From the NCBI GenBank assembly GCA_041743105.1, contig JBGTNI010000072.1:10777-74776 (forward strand): DNA of 64,000 nucleotides. The letters are read 5' to 3'. The stretch comes from Mycobacteriales bacterium. Lineage in GTDB: Bacteria; Actinomycetota; Actinomycetes; Mycobacteriales; QHCE01. Both the position numbers and the translations under genes were made by a program. A model generated the notes under the pieces. That model made no database searches and had not been told where the DNA came from. It worked only from the letters and a program-made list of their open reading frames with translations. This document shows positions 20,421 to 31,866 of this stretch, in pieces (the stretch's first letter is position 1; the number at the start of each line of letters is the position of its first letter).

Positions 20421-22544
20421 CTAGAAGTCTGTGGGGGCGGGTAGGGGCTCCTCGGCGGCGCCGACACCGAGCTTTTCTTTGATCTTCTTCTCGATTTCGT
20501 TGGCCAAGTCGGGGTTATCGTGCAGGAACGTGCGAGCGTTTTCTTTGCCCTGCCCAAGCTGATCGCCTTCGTAGGTGTACCAGGCACCGGATTTACGGAC
20601 CAGGCCATGCTCTACGCCTACGTCGATGAGTGAGCCCTCCCGGCTGATGCCGGCACCGTACAAAATGTCGAACTCTGCTTGCTTGAACGGCGGGGCCATC
20701 TTGTTTTTTGCAATCTTGACCCGGGTGCGGTTACCCACCGCGTTAACACCGTCTTTGAGCGTCTCGATCCGGCGCACATCTAACCGGATCGAGGCATAGA
20801 ACTTCAACGCGCGGCCACCGGTGGTGGTCTCGGGACTGTTGTGCACAAGTACGCCATCGGCTAGGTAATTATGCGAGCCTGCGACCTCGATATCGAAACG
20901 ATGCATCGAGCGAGTTTTAGGCTTGGCCTTGATGCCGAGCACCGGAGCGGGAACAGGCAGCAATACCGGCTCGATGAACTCTGCTCGGATATTGAAGCCA
21001 CCCCGAAAACGTTCTAGCAGCTTGTACTCCATCGACGGATGCACATATGGTGCAATGAGCTGGTGCAGTTTCGCTGTCTCATCCTTGCTGAATACTAAGA
21101 AGGGCATTTTACGTGCGCCTCGGGATATGAGCGTTGGATGAAGGTCAAAGGTGCCAGCTAAGTGTTGAACCAACCGCTCCCGAGAACCTTGGCTTAGCGA
21201 TTGCACGCAGATTTCCGAGCGCCCGCTTCCCTCACGGGTGCGTTCCTGTACACCTTTAGCCCGCATCGCAAACGAGCCATCGTCGCAGTACCAGATAGCG
21301 AGCGATAGCGGCGTCAAAGCCTTGAGATACTCCCAAGAAAGATGTTTGTGGCCGTCACCGAAGTAGACGGCCCGCCGAAGCTCGGCAAGTTCGGGTAACG
21401 GAGAGCAGTCGACGAACCCCGCCCCTTTGGAGTTAAGAGTCCGGCTCTGGCCGATGTTGCTTAGCAGCGAAGCCTTCCAATCAAGGTATTCCAGCTGTTT
21501 GGCGCCGTGTCCCATTCGGAAGCGAGTGCCAAGGCTGCCGGGAATACGGCTAGGCGAGAGAGCGCCGTCGCCCATCAGAGCGCCCAGAATGAGTTGACGC
21601 TGCTGGCTGCCCAGCCGATGGGGTTGGGAGAGCATGACTCGATCTCCCACTGCAAGCTCGCCGGCCTCGCGCCACCCGCCGGGAGTACGAACCAGGTGAT
21701 TTGGGGTAAGCCCCATCTGCGCCCGACCATTGCCGCCAGGACGTGCAACCGTGATCTGTAGGAACTTTTCAGTAGAACCGTTATCGAACCAATTCACGAC
21801 TTTCTTAGGAACGATCCTGTTCAACTCCGGATCGTAAGAAAGAACTTCGACAGGGAGTTTTCCGTTGACGATCTTTCCGATCTTTTCCTGACTGCCATCG
21901 GCGAGCGTCACTCGTGTGCCATAGGACAGGCAACCGAACATGACACCTATTTTTTCGCGCAGCTGATTGATGAAGATCGCCGTGGTACCGGCGTTGCTGA
22001 GCGCGCCAGTGATCTTACGCAGCGCTTGACTCATCAGACGTGCTTGCAGACCGACATGGCTGTCGCCCATTTCACCCTCGATCTCAGCCCGGGGCACTAG
22101 AGCGGCCACCGAGTCCACGACCAGCAGATCCAGGGCACCGGAGCGGATGAGCATGTCGGCAATCTCTAGTGCTTGCTCACCGGTGTCGGGCTGAGAGACC
22201 AGCAACGCATCGGTGTCGACACCGAGCGCTTTGGCATAGTCGGGGTCTAACGCATGCTCAGCATCGATGAAGGCGACAATGCCACCGGCCGCTTGCGCGC
22301 TTGCCACCGCGTGCAGCGCCACCGTGGTTTTACCGGAAGACTCCGGACCGTAAATCTCCACGATGCGGCCTCGAGGTAACCCCCCGATGCCCAGCGCGAC
22401 GTCTAGCGCGATCGACCCAGTCGGGATAACGGAGACAGGCACCCGGCCTTCATCGCCCAGTCGCATCACCGAACCTTTGCCGTACTGCTTGTCGATTTGG
22501 GCTAACGCAACTTCAAGCGCTTTGTCGCGGTCTGGCGTGGCCAT
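20421..22544 (-). CDS. recA: Recombinase RecA (intein-containing precursor)
   Basis: [32 protein letters not shown]|intein|[16 protein letters not shown]. Confidence 0.98.
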   Translation of the reverse strand: MATPDRDKALEVALAQIDKQYGKGSVMRLGDEGRVPVSVIPTGSIALDVALGIGGLPRGRIVEIYGPESSGKTTVALHAVASAQAAGGIVAFIDAEHALDPDYAKALGVDTDALLVSQPDTGEQALEIADMLIRSGALDLLVVDSVAALVPRAEIEGEMGDSHVGLQARLMSQALRKITGALSNAGTTAIFINQLREKIGVMFGCLSYGTRVTLADGSQEKIGKIVNGKLPVEVLSYDPELNRIVPKKVVNWFDNGSTEKFLQITVARPGGNGRAQMGLTPNHLVRTPGGWREAGELAVGDRVMLSQPHRLGSQQRQLILGALMGDGALSPSRIPGSLGTRFRMGHGAKQLEYLDWKASLLSNIGQSRTLNSKGAGFVDCSPLPELAELRRAVYFGDGHKHLSWEYLKALTPLSLAIWYCDDGSFAMRAKGVQERTREGSGRSEICVQSLSQGSRERLVQHLAGTFDLHPTLISRGARKMPFLVFSKDETAKLHQLIAPYVHPSMEYKLLERFRGGFNIRAEFIEPVLLPVPAPVLGIKAKPKTRSMHRFDIEVAGSHNYLADGVLVHNSPETTTGGRALKFYASIRLDVRRIETLKDGVNAVGNRTRVKIAKNKMAPPFKQAEFDILYGAGISREGSLIDVGVEHGLVRKSGAWYTYEGDQLGQGKENARTFLHDNPDLANEIEKKIKEKLGVGAAEEPLPAPTDF
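20838..21932 (-). mobile_element. RecA intein, 365 aa, with LAGLIDADG homing endonuclease (RecA-b site)
   Basis: Begins CLSYGTRV after IGVMFG, has a block [13 protein letters not shown] and AIWYCDDG endonuclease motifs, and ends VLVHN/S. Confidence 0.95.
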
Positions 22545-22594
22545 ATAGTGCCGCCTTTACATAACGTCTCGGATCTTCTGTAATAACTACGCCG

Positions 22595-22616
22595 ACCCTA
22601 ACGGGCGGGTGTGACA
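22595..22616 (-). promoter_or_regulatory. RecA-NDp/PafBC-type promoter motif upstream of recA
   Basis: Minus strand TGTCAC-N10-TA-GGG-T matches the spacing of the mycobacterial TGTCGG-N10-TA-N3-T motif. Confidence 0.6.
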
Positions 22617-22686
22617 CCGACCTTGCGTCCGCCGTAGTTGTGCACAACGACGCACTGTTGGGACAACGATGCGCGACCAATAATAC

Positions 22687-22702
22687 TCGAACGCCAGTTC
22701 GA
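22687..22702. promoter_or_regulatory. Perfect SOS box upstream of recA
   Basis: TCGAAC-GCCA-GTTCGA. Confidence 0.9.
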
Positions 22703-23647
22703 TTATTCGCCAACACGCCCTTGTGATGGTGATCGGTCCTTCTCGCTGTCTCCGCCGAGAGTAGGCAGTCCAGCGAAGCCTAGCGACGGCGGCTGCGCCT
22801 CGGCGGGAAGCTGGGCTGCTGTACCCCGCCGCCGCAGTCGGTAGCGGATCAGCTGATATAGCACGCCAAGACCGCCCACCGCACAGATTGCCAGAACCAG
22901 CTGCGGCAGCCACGAACGGTTGCGCGGCGAATCCCATGCTGACACGTGCAAGGTTCGCTTGTCATCGAAGGTCAACCGCCACGATACGCTGCGATCGTCG
23001 ACCGTTCCGTTGGTGGCTATGATCTCGCCGGGGAAGGTCAACCGGATCCTCAGATCGGGTCTTTGGTCACCGATCACCGTGTCAGGGTCCACGCCTTCTG
23101 ACCGCAGCTGATCGGCGACTATATCTTTCGCCGCATCGTCTTTTGTCTCGTCTGGACTCGATGGCCGCTCGGAACCAGTTGCGTCTGCGTTATCCCCGGG
23201 CTTGCGTCCCAATTGCAGATCACCGAGGCCAATAACATTGGCAGCCACGTCGACGATGAAACGGCCGTTGACATGACGAACGCGAATGGCCGAGCGGTCC
23301 AGCCCCGCCAATGGCACTCCTTCGAAACGTTGGCGGTATCCCACCAGGTCGCCTGAGCGATATTCGGAAAGGCTCACATCTCCACGGGTCGGCTTCATTG
23401 GAACCAGTAGTTTTAACTCACCAGAATCTGCTGTCAGCTGTTTCCTAAGCTCCGGCAAAAAGCGGGCCTCACCACCGAAGAGCCGATCGACGAACTCGGA
23501 CTTCACCGCGAAAATGAACGAACCGCTGATGGTCTCGTCGCGGTGGATCTCAGCTTCTACCGTGTAGCGCATACAACCGGTAAGCGCCAGCGGCAACACG
23601 ACCAGTGCCAGGAAATTCACGCGGCGAGAAGCTAGACGGGCGGTCAC
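22703..23647 (-). CDS. LppM/DUF3153-like lipoprotein with C-terminal TM anchor
   Basis: Lipobox LTGC, D.TISG, LTFPGEI..TNG....RSVSW motifs. Confidence 0.75.
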   Translation of the reverse strand: MTARLASRRVNFLALVVLPLALTGCMRYTVEAEIHRDETISGSFIFAVKSEFVDRLFGGEARFLPELRKQLTADSGELKLLVPMKPTRGDVSLSEYRSGDLVGYRQRFEGVPLAGLDRSAIRVRHVNGRFIVDVAANVIGLGDLQLGRKPGDNADATGSERPSSPDETKDDAAKDIVADQLRSEGVDPDTVIGDQRPDLRIRLTFPGEIIATNGTVDDRSVSWRLTFDDKRTLHVSAWDSPRNRSWLPQLVLAICAVGGLGVLYQLIRYRLRRRGTAAQLPAEAQPPSLGFAGLPTLGGDSEKDRSPSQGRVGE

Positions 23648-23650
23648 CTC

Positions 23651-24697
23651 TTACCCCCGTCGCGCACAGTTACTAGACGCCTTGCCGGGTGGCGACTTGT
23701 GATCGTAGGACGCCTCGGCGGGCGCGCCTGGCGTGCGATTACGGTCTTTAGGAAGGGCGAGCTTGCCGCTAGCGGCAAGCTCGCAGTCGGAGTTGAACGC
23801 ATACTGCTCACCATCGCCGGGACGCAGTCCCCGGTTCTGCTCGGCATACCCCTTTTCGGGATAGAACTCGTAACGCTCGACAGTGCGCAACACGGCAAGC
23901 TGCGAGCCCGGGAGCGCGAAGACCTCGGGGGTGTTCGGGGCTCGCAGCGGGTACACCCAGGTGTAATTCGCCGAAATCACCAGCTGACCGGCTTTACCCA
24001 CCGTAATGTCCATGGTGCCGTTCACGCGTACCGGGGCGCGCAGCGTGTAGCCGGGCGCTAGTCGTGTGACATAGGCCAGCGCACCGGCACCTCCGATCTG
24101 CTCGGCGATGAAGCCTTGGCTGGATTGCGCGAATTGATCCAGGTAAGGCTTGCTTACACCTCGCAACAGCATGCGTTCATCCAGCCGTGCCGCCGTGAGT
24201 GCGGTCTTGGTTCGCTGTAGCGCCTGCGTGATTTGCTCGGTATTCCAATCCCCCTGAACCTGCACCGGAGGCAGTACGATCCCCGCGGCGCCGGTGGGAT
24301 AAGCAGCGGGGGGGGTGTCGCGAAACGGATTTTGGTCGACTTCCACACTAGAGAGCTTGCGGCGCGAGACGGCGTTTTCGGCGAGTTGGGTGTCTGCGAT
24401 ATCGGGAGTGTCCGACAGCAATGACGTCGCCAAGGAACGCAGCGCCAGCACCCCGGCTGGAACGAGCAGCACGATGACGGTGAGTACCACGACGAGCCGT
24501 CGCGACACATGTTTGCGCCGGTGCCGGGCGATATGAGCGCCGATCCTGCGCCGTACACCAGGAGCCGCTCCGCTGCCGTGCGGGAGCGATCCTCGAGCGC
24601 GCCGCCCTAGTTGTGTAGCGGCCCGTCGGGCTTGTCGAAAGGTAACCGCCTTAAGCGGCATGAACACGCGCATCGACGCTGACCGCCGTGGCGCCAT
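23651..24697 (-). CDS. Conserved actinomycete single-TM protein (start uncertain)
   Basis: TM helix followed by [16 protein letters not shown], a motif seen in actinomycete hypothetical proteins. Confidence 0.65.
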   Translation of the reverse strand: MAPRRSASMRVFMPLKAVTFRQARRAATQLGRRARGSLPHGSGAAPGVRRRIGAHIARHRRKHVSRRLVVVLTVIVLLVPAGVLALRSLATSLLSDTPDIADTQLAENAVSRRKLSSVEVDQNPFRDTPPAAYPTGAAGIVLPPVQVQGDWNTEQITQALQRTKTALTAARLDERMLLRGVSKPYLDQFAQSSQGFIAEQIGGAGALAYVTRLAPGYTLRAPVRVNGTMDITVGKAGQLVISANYTWVYPLRAPNTPEVFALPGSQLAVLRTVERYEFYPEKGYAEQNRGLRPGDGEQYAFNSDCELAASGKLALPKDRNRTPGAPAEASYDHKSPPGKASSNCARRG

Positions 24698-24995
24698 TAG
24701 CCCGTGCCATGGGCATAGGTGTCACTGTGGCCAGGACGGTGTGGTTAAGGGCAGCCTGCTGCAGGGCGGCATGGTCGAGTTGGTAGCTGGCTTCGCGCAG
24801 CACATCCGACAACGAAATACCCAACGCATCGCATATCGACGCCAGTAACTCAGAAGACGCCTCTTTTTGGCCCCGCTCAATCTCCGATAGGTAGCCCAAG
24901 CTGACGGAGGACGCAGCGGAGATCTCCCGTAGCGTGCGCCGCTGAGCTCGCCGCGCCAAACGCAACGCTTCGCCCAGTACTTCACGCAGCAGCAT
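24651..24995 (-). CDS. clgR: XRE-family regulator ClgR
   Basis: LLREVLG..LR..R..Q.RTLRE...[27 protein letters not shown]. Confidence 0.9.
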   Translation of the reverse strand: MLLREVLGEALRLARRAQRRTLREISAASSVSLGYLSEIERGQKEASSELLASICDALGISLSDVLREASYQLDHAALQQAALNHTVLATVTPMPMARANGATAVSVDARVHAA

Positions 24996-25653
24996 CCTCA
25001 CGCTCCCTCCCGTTGCTCTCCACCGTACCCCTACCACCGTGGCGCAGTACCCACCCCTGTCGCAGATAATCCAGACCTGTGAGCACTGTGACCCCGACCG
25101 TGACCGCCATCAGCGGCGGGCCGACCTCGCTTAGGGCACCTAACCCAGCCCCGATGCCAATGCTCTCATCGAGCCAGGTGGCCATAGCCTGCCATGGCCA
25201 CAAATACCACATGATCGCAAGCATCTGCAGCGCGGTTTTGAGCTTGCCGCCCCAGCTGGCGGCAATGATGCCGCGCCGAATCACCCAGAACCGCAGCAAC
25301 GTCACGCCCAGTTCGCGGGCCAGGATGATCACGACGACCGGCCACGACAACAGATGCAGCAGGCACAGGCCCACGAGTGCTGTCCCTGTGAGCGCCTTGT
25401 CGGCTATCGGGTCGGCAACCTTACCGAAAGATGTGACGCTGCGTCGTGACCGCGCCAACGCACCGTCGTAATAGTCTGTTGCCATTCCCATCGCGAACAG
25501 GAGCGCGGCGGCAATGAGCCACCCGGCTGTCGAACCCTCCGACAACCAGAGCAACACCGCAAGGCCCGGTACGAAGACTAGGCGGAGCACGGTTAAGGAG
25601 TTAGGTAGGTTCCACGGCGACGGCTCTGTCGTCTCGCAACGATGCCGTCTCAC
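24982..25653 (-). CDS. pgsA: CDP-diacylglycerol--glycerol-3-phosphate 3-phosphatidyltransferase
   Basis: [20 protein letters not shown]...[21 protein letters not shown]. Confidence 0.93.
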   Translation of the reverse strand: MRRHRCETTEPSPWNLPNSLTVLRLVFVPGLAVLLWLSEGSTAGWLIAAALLFAMGMATDYYDGALARSRRSVTSFGKVADPIADKALTGTALVGLCLLHLLSWPVVVIILARELGVTLLRFWVIRRGIIAASWGGKLKTALQMLAIMWYLWPWQAMATWLDESIGIGAGLGALSEVGPPLMAVTVGVTVLTGLDYLRQGWVLRHGGRGTVESNGREREDAAA

Positions 25654-27101
25654 AACACGGTCGTCTCATATCGCGCTATCAAGTCCACGCCGTAGCTGTC
25701 GACCACTCGGCCCCGAACCACGGCCCCAGGGGCAAGATCCGGAGCCTGATCGAGCATCGTCGCGCCGTCGACTTCTGGAGCCTGGTGGCCCGCACGCCCC
25801 TGGACCGGTTCATCCTCGTCGGAGCGTTCGACGAGCACTTCCACGACTTCGCCGATCCGCTCCTGTGCTCGCCGTGCGGTCAGTTCCTCAGCGAGGCTGC
25901 TGATCTGGTCGTAGCGACGGCTGATCTCGTCGGTGGGCAATTTGTCGTCGAACTCGGCCGCTTGGGTACCGTCCTCGTCGGAATAGGCGAAAACTCCGAC
26001 CGCGTCCAGCCGCGCATCGGTGAGAAATCTTTCGAGCTCGGCGACGTCGTCGGCGGTCTCCCCGGGGAATCCGACGATGAAGTTGGAGCGAACACCAGCC
26101 GCGGGAGCTAATTCACGAATGGAGGCCAGTAGGCCCAGAAACGCCTCGGTACCGCCGAAGCGACGCATGCGACGCAGCACCGAGATGCTGGCATGCTGAA
26201 ATGACAGATCGAAGTACGGTGCGATCCCCGGTGTTGTCGCGATGGTCTCGATCAGCGACGGTCGCATCTCGGCCGGTTGCAGGTAGGACACCCTTGAGCG
26301 CAGCACACCCGGCGTCGTGGCCAGCCGGGTCAGTAGCTGTTCCAGCAGGCGGGGGTCGCCTAGGTCCTTGCCGTAGGATGTGGAGTTCTCGCTGACCAGC
26401 ACCAGCTCGCGAACGTTGCGTTCGGCGAGCCACGCCGCTTCGGTGAGCACGTCGATAGCCGGCCGGGACACGAACGCTCCCCGAAACGACGGAATCGCAC
26501 AGAACGTACATCGACGGTCGCAACCGCTCGCGAGTTTGAGCGGCGCCACTGGGCCACCGTCGAGGCGGCGGCGCAGCACCCGGGGCCCGGACGCTGGGGC
26601 AACACCGGCGGGCAACTCGGCGTGCCGCCAATCACCCGCCGGAGCGGACCCGTGACCGGGCACCACGACGTCAGAACCCGGCCGGGCGGTGGGGCTCAGT
26701 GGCAGCAACTTTCGCCGATCGCCCGGAGTATGTGCCGCATGGACCTCACCGGCAAGCACCGACGTCAAACGCTGCGAGATGTCGGTGTAGTCATCGAAGC
26801 TGAGCACCGCGTCAGCCTCAGGCAACGACTCGGCGAGATCTTTGCCGTAGCGCTGCGCAAGGCAACCAACAGCGACCACTTTCGCACCGGACTCCGACGC
26901 CGCCAGCAACGTATCGATCGACTCTTGCTTGGCCTGCTCCACGAAACCGCAGGTGTTCACCACCACCACGTCGGCGCCATCGGTGTCGTCGGTCAGCTGC
27001 CACCGCCCGGCGTCCAGCCGACCCGCGAGTTCTTCGGAATCGACCTCGTTGCGGGCGCACCCTAACGTGAGCAGCGCGACGCGCGGCGAGGTCGTGGGCA
27101 C
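25650..27101 (-). CDS. rimO: Ribosomal protein S12 methylthiotransferase RimO
   Basis: [41 protein letters not shown]. Likely GTG start at 27101. Confidence 0.95.
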   Translation of the reverse strand: MPTTSPRVALLTLGCARNEVDSEELAGRLDAGRWQLTDDTDGADVVVVNTCGFVEQAKQESIDTLLAASESGAKVVAVGCLAQRYGKDLAESLPEADAVLSFDDYTDISQRLTSVLAGEVHAAHTPGDRRKLLPLSPTARPGSDVVVPGHGSAPAGDWRHAELPAGVAPASGPRVLRRRLDGGPVAPLKLASGCDRRCTFCAIPSFRGAFVSRPAIDVLTEAAWLAERNVRELVLVSENSTSYGKDLGDPRLLEQLLTRLATTPGVLRSRVSYLQPAEMRPSLIETIATTPGIAPYFDLSFQHASISVLRRMRRFGGTEAFLGLLASIRELAPAAGVRSNFIVGFPGETADDVAELERFLTDARLDAVGVFAYSDEDGTQAAEFDDKLPTDEISRRYDQISSLAEELTARRAQERIGEVVEVLVERSDEDEPVQGRAGHQAPEVDGATMLDQAPDLAPGAVVRGRVVDSYGVDLIARYETTVL

Positions 27102-27103
27102 GG

Positions 27104-28642
27104 CTACTCGCGGCCGCCGGCAAGCTTTTCGCGTAGCGCGGCCAAAGCCTCGTCGCTGGCGAGAGTGCCGGAGCTTTCCTTCTCCGCTCCCCGCGGTACA
27201 GCACTTTCCGTGGAGGAGTAGGAGCTTGCGTCGGCAGGTTCGGCCGTCGCGGCTTCGGCGTCGGCGACCTTGGCGTGCTCGATCTGTTTCTTGTGCGCCT
27301 CGTAGCGCTCCTGTGCCAGAGCGTACTGCCGCTCCCACTCTTCGCGCTGCGTGTCGTAACCCTCTTGCCAGTCCCCAGTCTCCGTATCGAAGCCCTCGGG
27401 ATAGACGTAGTTGCCTTTCTCGTCGTACTTGGCGTCCATGCCGTAGGCCGAGGGGTCGAAGTGCACCTCGTCGGAGTCTCCGCCCTCGTTGGCCTGTTTC
27501 AGCGAGAGGGAGATCCGGCGACGCTCCAAGTCGATGTCGATGACCTTGACGATGACCTCGTCGCCGACCTGAACGACCTGCTCCGGGATCTCCACGTGTC
27601 GACCCGCGAGTTCGGAGATGTGCACCAATCCTTCGATGCCCTCGCCCACGCGCACGAACACACCGAAGGGAACCAGCTTGGTGACCTTACCTGGAACGAT
27701 GTGCCCAATCTGGTGCACCCGGGCGAACTGCCGCCACGGGTCTTCTTGCGTGGCTTTGAACGACAGCGAGACACGCTCGCGGTCCAGATCCACGTCGAGC
27801 ACCTCGACCTCGACCTCTTGACCAACCTCGACGACCTCGCTGGGGTGATCGATGTGCTTCCACGACAGCTCGGAGACGTGCACCAGGCCGTCGACTCCGC
27901 CCAGGTCCACGAAGGCACCGAAGTTCACGATGCTGGAGACGACACCCTTGCGAACCTGACCCTTGGCCAGCTGGTTCAGGAACTCGCTGCGCACCTCCGA
28001 CTGAGTCTGTTCCAGCCACTGGCGGCGCGACAACACAACGTTGTTGCGATTCTTGTCCAGCTCGATGATTTTAGCTTCGAGCTCGCGGCCCACGTAAGGC
28101 TGCAGGTCACGCACGCGGCGCATCTCGACCAGCGACGCCGGCAGGAAGCCACGCAGACCGATGTCGAGGATCAGGCCACCCTTGACGACCTCGATAACCG
28201 AGCCGACGACGACGCCGTCTTCTTCCTTGAGTTTCTCGATGGTGCCCCAGGCCCGCTCGTACTGCGCCCGCTTCTTGGACAGGATCAGCCGACCCTCTTT
28301 GTCCTCTTTCTGTAGCACCAGAGCTTCGACCTCATCGCCGACGGCGACAACATCGGCGGGGTCGACGTCGTGCTTGATGGAAAGCTCACGAGAAGGGATG
28401 ACGCCTTCGGTCTTGTAGCCGATGTCGAGCAGAACTTCGTCCCGGTCCACTTTGACAATGGTGCCCTCGACGATATCGCCGTCATTGAAGTATTTGATGG
28501 TCTTATCGATCGCGGCGAGAAAGTCCTCGGCCGAACCGATGTCATTGATCGCTACGACCTTGGGGGTCGTGGTAGCGGCTGTTGAGACGGCGGCGTCTGA
28601 TGCGGTGCCAGGGCGGACCGAGGCGTCGGTAGTGCTCGTCAT
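27104..28642 (-). CDS. rpsA: 30S ribosomal protein S1
   Basis: [30 protein letters not shown], four S1 repeats, [14 protein letters not shown]. Confidence 0.98.
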   Translation of the reverse strand: MTSTTDASVRPGTASDAAVSTAATTTPKVVAINDIGSAEDFLAAIDKTIKYFNDGDIVEGTIVKVDRDEVLLDIGYKTEGVIPSRELSIKHDVDPADVVAVGDEVEALVLQKEDKEGRLILSKKRAQYERAWGTIEKLKEEDGVVVGSVIEVVKGGLILDIGLRGFLPASLVEMRRVRDLQPYVGRELEAKIIELDKNRNNVVLSRRQWLEQTQSEVRSEFLNQLAKGQVRKGVVSSIVNFGAFVDLGGVDGLVHVSELSWKHIDHPSEVVEVGQEVEVEVLDVDLDRERVSLSFKATQEDPWRQFARVHQIGHIVPGKVTKLVPFGVFVRVGEGIEGLVHISELAGRHVEIPEQVVQVGDEVIVKVIDIDLERRRISLSLKQANEGGDSDEVHFDPSAYGMDAKYDEKGNYVYPEGFDTETGDWQEGYDTQREEWERQYALAQERYEAHKKQIEHAKVADAEAATAEPADASSYSSTESAVPRGAEKESSGTLASDEALAALREKLAGGRE

Positions 28643-29040
28643 ATGGAAATTGCTCCGAGTGGGGACAGGAAGTTGTCGGGTGAGATCGCGTCGCGGATCT
28701 CGCCGCACGGCCGAGGTTAAGAGCGCCCGGCGATAGGTGCTGTTCTGGGGCTACGAACGACCTATCGCCGCAAACTCAGGGAAGATTCCGGCTGCTGCCG
28801 CGCCAAGTAATGTCGCACTTGACACGATCGAAAATCGATGACGAATGCGGGCCTACTCCTTGCCGAGGCACGGCAACCCGCAACGCGATATCTAGCTTAC
28901 CGTGCGGCAACGCCGCTGGTCCATCCGGCAAGGGGGATACGGACCGGGCTGCGTCGGCTCACCGGCAGAGCGGACCCGTTTGTCACACGCGCCTGCTCAA
29001 CCAGGCTGGGTTAGCTATCCGCGTGACAGGTGGGGGTGAC

Positions 29041-29895
29041 TCATCGCCGCCCAAAACGTCTATTCCCTGTCCTTCGCGGCGCTGCGGACGGAGAGTTTCT
29101 CCAAGGGCGACTCCCCGTCGCGGAACCGCTAGATTGTGTGCGTCCGCCCTGCAAGGAATCGGGAAGCTCCAGAAGTGGGACCGGCTGAACGCGTTCTCCC
29201 TGCACTACCGACCAGCATTGACCGGGTTGACCACGGGTCAGGGTGGTCATGAACGCATCGACGACGCTCTCGACAGGCAGCACGCCGAAGCCTTGGTCGA
29301 TCAGCTTGTCGCGGATGCCCGCTATCATCTCGGTGTCGGCGAAACTGGGGCACAAACCTTTGACGTGCACGCCCTTATCTGCCCAACGAGCGCCCAGCGC
29401 ACGTACCAGCCCGACGACGGCGTGCTTAGTCGCTGCGTACGCCGGGTCTGAGGGGACCGGGTACAGACCCGCGACGCTGGCCGTGGCGATGATCTCACCA
29501 CGGCCGCTGGCACGCAACGCGGGGTATGCGGCATTTGCCCCGTACACCACGCCATCGAGGTTGATGGCCCTTGTGCGCGCCCACGCGTCAGGGTCGAAGT
29601 TCTCACCCATTCTGTTGCCCATGGCGACCCCAGCGTTGAGCGCGACTATATGCAAGCCTCCGTAATTGTCCACGGCCGTCTGCACGGCTGCTTGGTTGTC
29701 CGGGAATTTGCTTACATCGCAATGGACAAAAAGCCCACCGATTCGCCGTGCTACCGCCTCCCCCTTCTCCTCGTTGACGTCGGCAATCACCACCTTGGCG
29801 CCTCGTTTTGCGAGATCGACTGCAATGCCCTCGCCGAGCCCTTGGGCGCCGCCGGTGACAAGAGCTACAGAACCCCTGATGCGCGCAGCTTCCAT
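29041..29895 (-). CDS. SDR-family oxidoreductase with a non-canonical basic C-terminal extension
   Basis: ALVTGGAQGLG, LNAG, YAATK, followed by a ~35-aa tail ending RRTGNRRFGRR. Confidence 0.9.
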   Translation of the reverse strand: MEAARIRGSVALVTGGAQGLGEGIAVDLAKRGAKVVIADVNEEKGEAVARRIGGLFVHCDVSKFPDNQAAVQTAVDNYGGLHIVALNAGVAMGNRMGENFDPDAWARTRAINLDGVVYGANAAYPALRASGRGEIIATASVAGLYPVPSDPAYAATKHAVVGLVRALGARWADKGVHVKGLCPSFADTEMIAGIRDKLIDQGFGVLPVESVVDAFMTTLTRGQPGQCWSVVQGERVQPVPLLELPDSLQGGRTQSSGSATGSRPWRNSPSAAPRRTGNRRFGRR

Positions 29896-29990
29896 CAGAT
29901 GTCGTCCCTTGATAGGTCCCTGTCTGACTACCTAAATGATCCTCCTGAGCCGCATCAGTGTCGCATCGCGCCTAACCTCCGCCAAGACGT

Positions 29991-30092
29991 CTACGCTCCG
30001 GAGCCAACTTTTGTCACACCGATGAAAAAGCCGAAAGCGACGATCGCAGCGGCAGCGATCAGGATCCAGCGCAGTAGACGGTTGAATATCAT
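29991..30092 (-). CDS. Possible 33-aa single-TM small protein
   Basis: Translated by hand: MIFNRLLRWILIAAAAIVAFGFFIGVTKVGSGA*. Confidence 0.45.
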   Translation of the reverse strand: MIFNRLLRWILIAAAAIVAFGFFIGVTKVGSGA

Positions 30093-30199
30093 CGGCTCGT
30101 TTCACGGTCGGAATGAGGCTTCGATCCTGTCAGATGAATGTTCCCGCTGGTGCCACCGACTACTCCCGACAAGCCGGCGGACTGGAATTCTTCTCGAGC

Positions 30200-31612
30200 T
30201 CACCACTTCGTCGGCTTGCCTGGGGCGTAGAGCCAGGCGGCGAAGAAGTCGTCCAACTGCTGGTGGGAGATCTGCTCGGAGAGGGCCTTGAAGTCCGCCG
30301 TAGACACATTGCCATAGCGGTTCCGCGCCGCCCACGACCGGAGCAGAGTGAAGAACGGCTCGTCGCCGATCTTCATCCGCAGCGCGTGCAGGGTCATCGC
30401 GCCCCGGAAGTAGACCGAGGTGCCGAACATGTTCTCGGCACCCGGGTCGCCCGGGGGAAAGTCCCAGACAGCCCCGTCGGCTGGCGTCCGATATTCCGAG
30501 TCGAACTTCTCCCGCGCGGTCACACCGCCGTCGTGCTCGCTCCACAGCCATTCGGCATACGTCGCGAAGCCCTCGTTGAGCCAGATGTCTGCCCACGTCT
30601 TAGGGGTCACGCTGTCGCCAAACCACTGGTGCGCCATCTCATGCACGACTATCGACTCTTCGGGAGCGCTCCCGTAGACCGGCTTGGTCTGCGTCTCCAG
30701 GGCATAGCCGAGGTCGGGCAGATTGTCGACGATGGCACCGGCGTTCTCGAATGGGTAGCGGCCGAAGACAGCCTGCTGGTAGGCGAGGATCTCCGGCAGC
30801 CGGTCGAGAACGGGTGCCGCCTTGGCGCTCTGCCGCGGATCGACGGCAACGTAGAGCGGGATGCCGTCCGGGGTGTACGACTCGGTCACCTCGAATTCGC
30901 CAATCGTGATGGTCACAAGGTACGACGCCATCGGGCGCTTCTCGTCCCACACGAATGTCCGCTGGCCATCGGCAGTGGACTGGTCGCTGAGCAGCCCATT
31001 GCCGACCGCTGTCAGTCCATCGGGCACAGTCATGGAGACCGTATAGGTTGCCTTGTCGCTCGGGTGATCGTTAGCGGGAAACCAGGTCGGGGCACCGTGC
31101 GGTTGATTGGCCACGATGACTCCGTCGTCGGTGCGGATCCAGCCGATCCGTTCGAGCGGGCCACCCAGCGTCTCCGGTACACCGCCGTACTCGATCTCGA
31201 CAGTGAAGGAGCGGTGCGCCGACAGCTCCTTCGCCGGTGTGATCACCAGCTCCTGCCCCGAGTGCGTCGCGGCCGCCGCCTCACCGTCCACCCGCGCCGA
31301 GCTCACCTGGAGCACACGCAGGTCCAGATTGAAGCTGCTTAGCGGCTGGATCGCCGTAGCGGTGATGGTCGCGGTGCCGCCTAGTCGACCGGATGCGCGA
31401 TCCCAGGTCAGGTCGAGGTTGTAGTGCTTGACGTCATAGCCGCCATTGCCGGCGGACGGGAAGTAGGAATCGCCGACGCCGGCGGCGCCCGGCGTCCCAT
31501 CACCGGGTAGCGCCGCGACCGGGGAGACCGTCAGCAACGTGGCCAGAATCGCCGCGGCGACCGTCGCCTTCCGGCTTCCCCTGAACCATTCGTACGCGCG
31601 AAGAACGCTCAT
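30200..31612 (-). CDS. Secreted M1-family metallopeptidase
   Basis: GDSYFP..GNGGYDV, WFPANDHPSDKA, ALETQ, HEMAHQWFG...WLNEGFATY. Confidence 0.93.
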   Translation of the reverse strand: MSVLRAYEWFRGSRKATVAAAILATLLTVSPVAALPGDGTPGAAGVGDSYFPSAGNGGYDVKHYNLDLTWDRASGRLGGTATITATAIQPLSSFNLDLRVLQVSSARVDGEAAAATHSGQELVITPAKELSAHRSFTVEIEYGGVPETLGGPLERIGWIRTDDGVIVANQPHGAPTWFPANDHPSDKATYTVSMTVPDGLTAVGNGLLSDQSTADGQRTFVWDEKRPMASYLVTITIGEFEVTESYTPDGIPLYVAVDPRQSAKAAPVLDRLPEILAYQQAVFGRYPFENAGAIVDNLPDLGYALETQTKPVYGSAPEESIVVHEMAHQWFGDSVTPKTWADIWLNEGFATYAEWLWSEHDGGVTAREKFDSEYRTPADGAVWDFPPGDPGAENMFGTSVYFRGAMTLHALRMKIGDEPFFTLLRSWAARNRYGNVSTADFKALSEQISHQQLDDFFAAWLYAPGKPTKW

Positions 31613-31866
31613 GCCGCGGTGCTCTTCGTGGGCACCTCAAGCAGGACCACAGGTGCGGAGCGCAGGACGCCGCCAGGATGCTCGATCATGCGCGCACACG
31701 ATACTTCACCGCCAGATCACGGCGCCGAGCCGATCGACTGGAACTGCCCTAAGCGACGTTGTGCGGCTGCTTGGCTGGCATAATCGCCTCATTATTGCCT
31801 GCTGCCTTGCACGACGCGGCGAAAAAATCCCCCCAACGAGCGCGGTGGCATGGAATGCTGTGCGGC

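Noticed and set aside
27102-27338. N-terminal extension of RimO in the ORF track
   Set aside because: It overlaps the rpsA 3' end; RimO homology starts at about 27101.
28643-28900. Structured rpsA leader RNA
   Set aside because: A long leader with short hairpins is present, but I cannot match it to a defined RNA family by eye.
27275-31342. Long antisense ORFs (27275..28315, 30113..31342; also 61870..62922 and 10320..11180)
   Set aside because: Shadow frames of well-supported high-GC genes with no recognisable motifs.
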